DNA of 64,000 nt from Planctomycetota bacterium (GTDB lineage: Bacteria; Planctomycetota; B15-G4; JADJEK01): positions 96,001 through 160,000 of the forward strand of contig JBGAIQ010000005.1 of assembly GCA_044225365.1 (NCBI GenBank). The letters are read 5' to 3'. This document shows, one piece after another, positions 40,401-46,503 of the stretch. The notes beneath the pieces are model-generated. The model made no database searches. It was not told where the DNA came from and saw only the letters and a list, made by a program, of their open reading frames with translations. Position numbers and translations under genes: made by a program. Every line of letters begins with the position of its first letter. Positions within the stretch are counted from its first letter, which is position 1.

Positions 40401-40500
40401 GCTCCATCGCAAAGTCGAGCGTCGTCGCGTGGACGATCTCGACCTCGCAGCGAGGAGACTCCTGCGGCACCGTCTCGACTGCTTCTTGCCTGGTCACCAC
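34447..40500 (-). CDS. DUF4011 + SF1 helicase + Vsr/MTES_1575-like nuclease + DUF3320 protein (Hhe-type anti-phage protein)
   Basis: WKERLLDLTLRNRLL, EEGGANTLY (DUF4011); GPPGTGKSQT, VSEKMAAL, FDEASQI, GDSRQLPPT, HYRSRHESLI, ENVQGDERD, RRLNVAVTRAR; SEFE…YRIDLAV…ECDG…RDRDRLR…LGWRLHRVWSSDW. Confidence 0.88.
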   Translation of the reverse strand: MVTRQEAVETVPQESPRCEVEIVHATTLDFAMEHCGIPIIAAVRVKNVSSAVLEGARLEIGLFPDLGAPIVVPIPRLPPAESFERGPLDVRLPFSRLRDVVEAANATLHWTLVVEGKEIAAETRPLRLLAFNEWPGDAAPLELLAAFVTPNQPAIATVLERTRDRLRSQGGDDALRGYQARSPERAVTEIRALYAAVQGLSISYVGLPASYEKSGQKVRLPDQLLRDGMGNCLDLTLLFASCLEQMGYGPLLVLVEGHALPAVWIVDERFQDAVVPDVARLRNQGRLAQILAFDASTAVSGQRPSLEVAVAAANDFLAQDAKFIAAIDVRAARRARFLPLPIALRSAVETEPAQRDVVDTDASQSPVGAISLPDGGTVANLDLGAAKIASKELLSPRIQNWKERLLDLTLRNRLLDVSRVKNRIPLEIPDLAAFEDKLAADVDFEIMPYPKLEGSDPRARELLDLRTRPAEFRERLTADLDAHRLHATLTSDLLVPMARALYRKARTDLEEGGANTLYVVLGILRWYESPSSKQARHAPLLLVPVRLSYEPRLDRIRLRRTEEDAIGNVTLVEKLKRDFALDLSFLAELAPDDSGIDVGALLKAVRAAIQSMPRFEVIEEASVTTLLFGKFLMWRDLEVNASALLSSKIVRHLADGGKQAFEESIEGVVDPGSLDSEVSPADLPTVVDADSTQCAAILAAMRGQTFVLQGPPGTGKSQTITNIIAAALSQGRTVLFVSEKMAALDVVHRRLKEVGLADSCLELHSTKTSKRQVLESIGRSVTRSSKDRARLEGSDPSGTDAASFDSNAARLVESRTALNEYVRALHTERPLGMSFFRAASRVLEIAPSPLELPLRDGIETTAATLASQLEKAAIVASRGARVEPVAEHPWRDSALAEWSGRREAEIESALKLCAERLAELAAARDGLAVATRLQKFDSREGVSRVTDFVNGLLSRSSDASEENAMAPSFLRDDVALALVLAEVENLAVLLAADEADRAEIAHRFESGVFHLGDELALLRLKFEEHAGSNALVRFFALRGARKRLRVHAKDDLPEPSLVARDLARVEACAAREARIAALRQAVAARLLAAAPHQGASSQALRAWVERVRRLRTAIDELDRGGILGVDACVAELAVQRFPSRDAIARAAALATKAVRACDEAFVHLAEIAALAGASEILDGRSELGAQRDRVLRRIPAMPRLREWCGYVRACDDLSSVGLEDAVEAHRKGVVSAASLPIAVERALLLSFVRLVRDAEPVLRDFDGEEQARRIAEFRRRDLNHLTTSRTHVLNRLDERRPRAGGGVDVPGESEPGILGRELKKKARHLPLRRLFQRIPNLIARLKPCFLMSPLSVAQFLPPEGRRFDLVVFDEASQIGTHDAIGAIARGSQVVIVGDSRQLPPTAFFQRSFDASAVDEAGDGDGPIDDGADYAIEELESVLDEAVAARLPERYLGWHYRSRHESLIRFSNLRYYDERLALFPSARRRDPDLGVKWHPVIDGEYEFAGSRTNPREARVLVDWLVKRLREVAPGKRSFGIVTFSQPQQTLVLDLLDEARRKSPEIEGHFAADLVEPVFVKNLENVQGDERDEILFSICYGRSRDGKVRMNFGPLSQSGGERRLNVAVTRARASLHVFSTLSYDEIDLNRTTARGAHHLREFLRYAVEESGTSPQPESNGVPHDSEFERQVGAALVGLGMQVDARVGCGRYRIDLAVRDPSEAGVYVLGVECDGAAYRSGNTARDRDRLREQVLGSLGWRLHRVWSSDWWFDREREIEKLRVVVAAAIEASRAKPVAARSESVTASDIESSPGIPDEIAEGDPPASPVVDVPPYVRAALPNLEGQTARFRDADPTLASRIRELVLQVVAVEGPVHIDTVVRSVARAFGVRRITEKSRESLLRTLDEMAKGRTITLLNGFVWSAAADPSEYDEVRGAVKDDGADARGIDEISVEELAAAAERHLTTMFSLPVKDLVRMTARTFGILRVSKESEVHLRAAIEMLIARGRAREADSRIHRAPSQSP

Positions 40501-40566
40501 GCGGTTCCTGGAAATCGAAGCGCCGTCGTCGACGCGTGCGATCGCGGGCTCACGACTCGTGTTCGC

Positions 40567-41715
40567 TCAAACGACGAACCACTCCGCGCGGCGTCCGGTG
40601 AGGTCAAGATAACGTAGCGCCGCGCGGGTCGCGATCGTCTCGGCTTTCTCTCGCGAAACGAGCGCAACGAGACAGCCGGCGAACCCCGCTCCCGTCATGC
40701 GCGCGCCGAAGCACGCGGGCTGCGCTGCGAGGCAGCGCTGCATCTCGTCGAGTTCCACGCCCGACACCTCGTACGCATCGCGCAGATCGACATGGCTCGC
40801 GGTCAGGAGCTCACCCGCGCGCTCGAAATCAGGCAACGCCATCGCGTCGCAGAACGCAAAGACGCGCGCGATCTCGCGGATCACGTGCCCTGCGCGGCGC
40901 GCCGCGACTGCGCTCATCGCTCCCGTGGCGCGCTCGAGATCGTGCACCGTCGCATCGCGAAGCGTTTCGGCTGTGGGAAGCACGCGTTGGATCGCGCGGA
41001 GGGCTTCGGCACACTCCGCGACGCGTTGATTGTAGGCGGAATGCTGAAGGGTCCGACGCGTCATGCTGTCGACGACGAGGATCGCGGCGTCCTTGAGCGG
41101 CAGCACGACATCTTTCGTCTCGCCGCTGCGACAGTCGATCCGCAGCGCGTGCCCCGGCTTCGCCACGGCGCACGCGAGCTGATCCATCGTCCCACACTGC
41201 ACGCCGACGTGCTTCGTCTCCGCTTCGTGCGCGAGTTGGGCGATGGCGTGCGGCGAGAGGCCGAGCGACATTGCCGAATCGAACGCGCGCAATGTCGCGA
41301 CGAGGAGCGCCGCCGACGACGAGAGCCCGGCCCCGATCGGCAGGTCGCTCTCGATCGCGATGTCGAAACCGCGGCGCGAGAGATCGATCGGCAGCACGCG
41401 GGCCGCTGCGAGCGGGTAGGCGAGGAATCCCGCTTCCCCGAGGTCGCAACGCATCGACATCGCTGCGGTCGGACGACCGTTCCGCTCGGATCGCGAGACG
41501 CCCCGCGCGAGGCCGTCCTCGCGCAACCGGAGCGCGACTGCGGTGCCGCGGTGGAGCGGCATCGGGAGCACGACTCCGCCGTTGTAGTCGACGTGCTCGC
41601 CGATGAGATTCACGCGCCCGGGCGCGAAGGCGGCCTGCGTGGGCGTGGACGCGAACTCGCGTTCGAAGACGTTCCTCGCCCGTTCGATCGAGTCTCGCTG
41701 CGACGCGTTCGCCAT
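40567..41715 (-). CDS. galK: Galactokinase
   Basis: APGRVNLIGEHVDYNGG, PIGAGLSSSAA, CGTMDQ, YNQRVAEC, GARMTGAGFAGC. Confidence 0.92.
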   Translation of the reverse strand: MANASQRDSIERARNVFEREFASTPTQAAFAPGRVNLIGEHVDYNGGVVLPMPLHRGTAVALRLREDGLARGVSRSERNGRPTAAMSMRCDLGEAGFLAYPLAAARVLPIDLSRRGFDIAIESDLPIGAGLSSSAALLVATLRAFDSAMSLGLSPHAIAQLAHEAETKHVGVQCGTMDQLACAVAKPGHALRIDCRSGETKDVVLPLKDAAILVVDSMTRRTLQHSAYNQRVAECAEALRAIQRVLPTAETLRDATVHDLERATGAMSAVAARRAGHVIREIARVFAFCDAMALPDFERAGELLTASHVDLRDAYEVSGVELDEMQRCLAAQPACFGARMTGAGFAGCLVALVSREKAETIATRAALRYLDLTGRRAEWFVV

Positions 41716-41888
41716 GACCGGTTCTTCGCGCTCCCGCCGTCCGCCACTCACCGACGCCGCCCACACTGCCGACATCGCCGACATCGCCGACATCGAAGAG
41801 CAGTTGATTGGAACGCACTCTGTGGTATCGTCGCGAAGCTCAGGCCGCCACCCCAAAAAGGGGGTGTTGGGCACACGACAGACAACGC

Positions 41889-41966
41889 GGTGGGTATAGC
41901 TCAGTTGGTTAGAGCACGAGGTTGTGATCCTCGGGGTCGCGGGTTCGAGTCCCGTTACTCACCCCA
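41889..41966 (+). tRNA. tRNA-His (GTG)
   Basis: Cloverleaf with G-1, anticodon arm CGAGG-TTGTGAT-CCTCG, TTCGAGT loop, encoded CCA. Confidence 0.95.
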
Positions 41967-41973
41967 GAACGAA

Positions 41974-42021
41974 ACGACGCTCGGCAATCGCAATGCGGTT
42001 CGCCGAGCGTCGTGCTTTCTT
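41974..42021 (+). terminator. Hairpin/intrinsic terminator after tRNA-His
   Basis: ACGACGCTCGGC…GCCGAGCGTCGT 12-bp inverted repeat followed by GCTTTCTT. Confidence 0.55.
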
Positions 42022-42073
42022 GGCCGCACCTCGTGATCGTCGTCCCGCGCGGGAGAAGACGCGCGACTTTCTG

Positions 42074-42102
42074 TTGACGCCTCCGCGGCCGCACCATAGG
42101 TT
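42074..42102 (+). promoter_or_regulatory. Sigma70-like promoter for tRNA-Arg
   Basis: TTGACG-N17-TAGGTT, about 20 nt upstream of the tRNA. Confidence 0.55.
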
Positions 42103-42122
42103 GACGCGCTCGATCGACAGGG

Positions 42123-42199
42123 GCGTCCGTAGCTCAACTGGATAGAGTATCGGGCTTCGAACCCGAGGGTTGCAGGTTCGACTCCTGCCGGACGTACCA
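42123..42199 (+). tRNA. tRNA-Arg (TCG)
   Basis: Acceptor GCGTCCG/CGGACGT, anticodon arm TCGGG-CTTCGAA-CCCGA, TTCGACT loop, CCA. Confidence 0.93.
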
Positions 42200-42274
42200 C
42201 TTCTTTCCTTCGATCCCGCGGTCGGGTCGATCCCGCATCACCCACCACGATCTTCGTTCCGCGACGGGTGTTCC

Positions 42275-42302
42275 TTGACACCGTTGGCGCGGCCCCTAAA
42301 AC
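42275..42302 (+). promoter_or_regulatory. Sigma70-like promoter for tRNA-Lys
   Basis: TTGACA-N16-TAAAAC. Confidence 0.5.
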
Positions 42303-42334
42303 GGCGCCCTCTTTCGCGCAGTCTTTGCCGAGAT

Positions 42335-42410
<76 letters not shown>

Positions 42411-42473
42411 TTCTTTCCTTCTCGGCGCGGACTTACGACGACGCCCAAGCGCCACCCAGCGCCTACCAGGCGT

Positions 42474-43271
42474 CTACGGTAGAGCCCGCCCCGCCAGCGT
42501 GAGCCACTTCCCGCGTCGCGACTCCACCTCGATCGCGAATCGCTGCGCCGCGAGCAATCCCCTCACCCGATCGCGCTCCGTGAATCGGATTCCGCTCACG
42601 ATGAACCACGCCTCCGGCCGGATCCGCCGACGCAGCATCGGCAGATAGCCGTCGATGAGATCGAGGTAGAGGTTCGCGAGCAAGCCGTCGAAGCCGGTCG
42701 CATCGTCCGGCAGATCGTCGAATCCACACCGCAAGAAGACGCAACGATCCGCGACGCCATTCTCCGCGGCGAGGTCGAACCCGAGCACCTCGGATGCGCC
42801 GAGGAGCGCGGCGGCCACCGCGAGGATCCCGCTTCCCGAACCCGCATCGAGGACTCGCTCCCCCTGCCGAACGTAGCGCTGCTCCAGCGCGAGACAGCCG
42901 CGCGTGGAACCGTGGCGACCCGTCCCGAACGCCCCGCCCGGATCGAGCCGCAGAGGGATGTCGGAGCGACGCAGCTTCGGCGAGGAACGCCGCGGCACGA
43001 TGGCGATCCTGCCCACCCGAAACGCACGCCACGCCTTCTCGAACTCCTGCTCGGGCATCGCGGCGAACTCGACCCCCAGTGCGCCGAGCGCAACCAACCG
43101 CGCGCGAAGCTCATCGCGCGTCGCCGCCGAATCGTTCGCCGAACTCAGGTAGGTGACGACGCGCCCGTCCTCGACCGTGATCCCCGTGAACGGCGGCTGG
43201 CAGAACGCCTCCGCCGCGAGTTCCTCGAGCCCCGGCGTGACGTGAATGGAGACTTGAGTCCATGCGATCAT
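42474..43271 (-). CDS. prmA: Ribosomal protein L11 methyltransferase
   Basis: LDPGGAFGTGRHGST, VLDAGSGSGILA, LANL, SGI. Confidence 0.82.
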   Translation of the reverse strand: MIAWTQVSIHVTPGLEELAAEAFCQPPFTGITVEDGRVVTYLSSANDSAATRDELRARLVALGALGVEFAAMPEQEFEKAWRAFRVGRIAIVPRRSSPKLRRSDIPLRLDPGGAFGTGRHGSTRGCLALEQRYVRQGERVLDAGSGSGILAVAAALLGASEVLGFDLAAENGVADRCVFLRCGFDDLPDDATGFDGLLANLYLDLIDGYLPMLRRRIRPEAWFIVSGIRFTERDRVRGLLAAQRFAIEVESRRGKWLTLAGRALP

Positions 43272-43331
43272 GGCCGCGATCGTACTCGCCGCGGACGCGA
43301 AACCCCTACGCGTCCGCACCCCGCACGAACT

Positions 43332-43973
43332 TCAGAACTCGCTCGACGAGTTCAGGAACTTGGCGATTCGCCCCGCCTTAAGGACCCCGACTGCATGGGT
43401 CAGCTTCACCAGCGCCCGAGAAACACGGACCTGTGCCTCGCCCGTCCCCACTCCCAGCGCAGTCGCGATCTCCGAGATCGGTACGTGCTCGAATCGCGCC
43501 GCGACGATCAGATCGCGATCCTCGGGATCCACGACCTCGAGCGCCATCCTCACCCACACCCCGTCGGGATGCGTACCGACTTCCGCGCGAGTTCGACTCA
43601 GATGGAGCGACTCGCCCGCCGGCAGCGGATGCTTCTTCGCGAGATTGCGCCGCCGCAAACGAAAATCCGAACCTCGATGAGACAGGCTGTTCGCGATCAT
43701 CCGAGCGAGTAACTGCCGCGCTCCGCGAGGGTCGTCGAGGACGAATCGCGGCGAGTTACGGAGGATCTCGGTCAGTGTCGAGGTCACCGCGTCGGTCTCG
43801 AGAGTCCGGTTCCCAACCTCTCCGGCGGCCATGACCTCGAATTGGCGCAAGAGGTCCGGGGCGATCCGACCCGCGAGTGTTCGAGTCGCATCGGGATCAC
43901 CACTACGCGACCGCTGCAACAAGGCTCCCGTGCTGGACGGAGTCGCATCACTGCTGGCGCGAATCACGCTCAT
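43332..43973 (-). CDS. Divergent ECF-type sigma factor
   Basis: STGALLQRSRSGDPDA N-terminus; region 4 ALEVVDPEDRDLI…ISEIATALG…VRVSRAL. Confidence 0.62.
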   Translation of the reverse strand: MSVIRASSDATPSSTGALLQRSRSGDPDATRTLAGRIAPDLLRQFEVMAAGEVGNRTLETDAVTSTLTEILRNSPRFVLDDPRGARQLLARMIANSLSHRGSDFRLRRRNLAKKHPLPAGESLHLSRTRAEVGTHPDGVWVRMALEVVDPEDRDLIVAARFEHVPISEIATALGVGTGEAQVRVSRALVKLTHAVGVLKAGRIAKFLNSSSEF

Positions 43974-44081
43974 AGACACTTCACATCTTTCGGCGATCAA
44001 CGATCGAGAGGCAGTTGATTCGCAATCGAAGGCCCTCGCCGATTCCGCTCGAGGGCCTTCGAATTCAACGCCACGCACGTT

Positions 44082-45509
44082 CTACCGCCGCGCAGCTCCT
44101 TCGAGCGCCGTCTTGATCGATGCGACATCCTTCTTCAGCTCGCTCAACTGCCGCTCGAGGTCGTCATTTCGCTTCTTCAACTCCTCGTTCGCTTTCGCGA
44201 GTTCCTGGATCGCGGCGGCGGAGTAGATGAGCAACGGATGCGTGTCGACCTGGAGGATCTCGTCTCCATTTGCGAGATGCTCGCCGCTGCCCTTGACGTA
44301 CTCCGGGAAGACCTCGCGGAATTCCTGGGCAATCACGTTGAGGTAGGTCCGATCTTCGACCCCCACATGAGCTCCTCGATACTCATCCGTATACTTGAAG
44401 GAGACGAGTCGGACTTTTGAAAGCTTGTTGACGGCATCCGTAACCGTCTCGATCTTCGTCTTGATCCTAGCATCCGAATTCGCGAGCCAACTACCGGATG
44501 CCGACTTCGAAGCATTGCCTTCGACTTCCAACTCGTTGGAGGTCGGCGATCGCTTCACTCCAACGCGCCCACCGGGCAAGAAATACGTAGAGGTGTTCGC
44601 TTGAGCAGGATTGCGCACGAATTCGATTTGGCCCGCAAGAGTCTCCATGATGCGCACGGTATAGTCCGTGTTGGTGTTGTTGTAATGGAAGTCGATATAG
44701 GGAGTGAAGTCCCGCAATTCGATATTACCCGGCGCGTAGAAGCCCTGTCGATTACTCGTCGAATTCACGATCACAGCGCCTCCGGTCGACAACACGGCGT
44801 CATTGCCAACCAAGGAAAGGGGCGAGGCACCAGCAGGACCTTGAGGACCGGTGGCGCCCTGCGGCCCCTGCGGACCTGTCGCACCCTGGGGCCCCGTAGG
44901 ACCTTGAGGACCCTGCGGACCTGTCGCACCCTGGGGTCCCGTAGGACCCTGAGGACCCTGAAGGCCCGTGGGACTGCCGACCCAGTTCCCAGCCGCATCG
45001 ATCACCGTGTTGCCATTGATCTTGACGCTCGAGACATTGAGCAATTTGGCGTTGTCGATGACGACCTGTCCGTTGATGCTCACCGAGCTCGGGTGAATGA
45101 TCTTGTTCGGCACATCTTCTGCGATTCCCGACTTGATCGCGTACGGAACACTCGTCAAGGGGAAGCGAGGCAACATCTCGGGATCGCTCCCGTACTTCAC
45201 ACCGAGGTAGAGCGTGGGACTGGCGTCGAAGATCGAGGAGTCGATCGGATTGAAGGGATCATCGCCGATCTGTGTTGCGACAATACCCCCGGCAACACCC
45301 ACCACGTGCACCTCGGTGTGGAGCGGCGAGCCACCGCTTGCGGTCGTGTAGATACCAAAGGTCGTCGTGAGCGCCGCGTTGTTGACAGGGTTCCCGACGC
45401 TGTCCTCCAGCTTCGATTGATATTGGAACTTCATCGGAACCCCTTGTCCGAACGCTGACGAACCCCACAAGAGCAACCCGATTCCGATGACAAATGCGGA
45501 AGACTTCAT
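44082..45509 (-). CDS. Secreted collagen-like trimeric fibre with C-terminal peptidase S74 chaperone
   Basis: Signal peptide; YQSKL…GGxPL…[11 protein letters not shown] domain; about 16 Gly-X-Y triplets; NSDARIK…IAQE…FPEYV S74 domain followed by a coiled coil. Confidence 0.85.
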   Translation of the reverse strand: MKSSAFVIGIGLLLWGSSAFGQGVPMKFQYQSKLEDSVGNPVNNAALTTTFGIYTTASGGSPLHTEVHVVGVAGGIVATQIGDDPFNPIDSSIFDASPTLYLGVKYGSDPEMLPRFPLTSVPYAIKSGIAEDVPNKIIHPSSVSINGQVVIDNAKLLNVSSVKINGNTVIDAAGNWVGSPTGLQGPQGPTGPQGATGPQGPQGPTGPQGATGPQGPQGATGPQGPAGASPLSLVGNDAVLSTGGAVIVNSTSNRQGFYAPGNIELRDFTPYIDFHYNNTNTDYTVRIMETLAGQIEFVRNPAQANTSTYFLPGGRVGVKRSPTSNELEVEGNASKSASGSWLANSDARIKTKIETVTDAVNKLSKVRLVSFKYTDEYRGAHVGVEDRTYLNVIAQEFREVFPEYVKGSGEHLANGDEILQVDTHPLLIYSAAAIQELAKANEELKKRNDDLERQLSELKKDVASIKTALEGAARR

Positions 45510-45554
45510 TTGCTTTTCTCCATCTTTTCTTGAGTATGAAGTTCTGAGATGAGG

Positions 45555-46499
45555 TTACGGAGTGATCGTGAAAGTCGCAGCGTTCGTATACGCACTTCCG
45601 ACCACACTTGGCGCAATGCCATTGACGTTGACATCGATCGCTTGAAACGTGATCGACACTCCAACGACTCCGATCAGATCGGCGGGCAACGGGAGCGCCA
45701 AATTCAGTTCCCCAGAAACCACGGGAACAGGGAAGAATGGAAACTGATACAACGCGAGTCCGTTGATCTTCAGTGCGCCTTGTACCGGCGGAGTCGGAAT
45801 CGGAGGCCCGGGGAGTCCGAACAAGATCATGATGTAATGTCCGGGCTGCACCAGGAAGTCGAAGATCAGCGTCGTCCCGAGCGCCGCCGGGCTCTGCTGA
45901 ATCGCTGCAGGCCGATACGTGTAGCCATTGCTGACGATCCCTGAACCCAACGCGTTGCTGACCTGGACGGAGGTTGGGCCGAGCGACGTGCCCGTATTGT
46001 CCAAGCCCACCGGAGTGACCGCGAAGATCTGCGAATTCGAGAAGGTCGAGGCAACCGGAGCCGTGATTCCGCCGAATTTGACGGTGTTCGCTCCGTAGCC
46101 CGTCTTTTGGAAGTTGAATCCGAGGATCTCGACGATCGTGCCTCCGCTGGTGGGTCCGATCGATTGGCCGGTCTTGACGCCGAAGACGATGGGCCCGTCC
46201 GTCTCGATCGCTGACTTCAGATACGTGACCCCTCCCCGTGTCTGCTGGTTCACGTTGCTTGCGATGAACCCGCCGGAGAATTGACCACTTGCGTTTTCCG
46301 ATCGGAGAATGGAGCCCGTGAGCACCGACCCGGACGTCGTTCTCGTTTGAACGAAGGTCGGAATCGTCTGGGCAGAGGTGAAGAAGCTCACCGATCCGGA
46401 GGATCCCACCGACCCTTGTGCGCTCGCGTCTCGAGGTGAGAAGAACATCGAGCCAAGCGCGATGCCCAGCGCTAAGCGTCGAATGACATACGAACTCAT
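45555..46499 (-). CDS. Secreted IPT/TIG-domain protein with variant shared C-terminal domain
   Basis: Signal peptide (ASA|Q); GPTSGGTIVEILGFNF…VKFGG…AVTP…YTY IPT domain; C-terminus LPLP…GVSITFQAID…TNAATFTITP. Confidence 0.75.
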   Translation of the reverse strand: MSSYVIRRLALGIALGSMFFSPRDASAQGSVGSSGSVSFFTSAQTIPTFVQTRTTSGSVLTGSILRSENASGQFSGGFIASNVNQQTRGGVTYLKSAIETDGPIVFGVKTGQSIGPTSGGTIVEILGFNFQKTGYGANTVKFGGITAPVASTFSNSQIFAVTPVGLDNTGTSLGPTSVQVSNALGSGIVSNGYTYRPAAIQQSPAALGTTLIFDFLVQPGHYIMILFGLPGPPIPTPPVQGALKINGLALYQFPFFPVPVVSGELNLALPLPADLIGVVGVSITFQAIDVNVNGIAPSVVGSAYTNAATFTITP

Positions 46500-46503
46500 T
46501 GTT

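Noticed and set aside
44082-45509. Prophage tail fibre
   Set aside because: It has a Sec signal peptide and no phage structural or integrase genes nearby.
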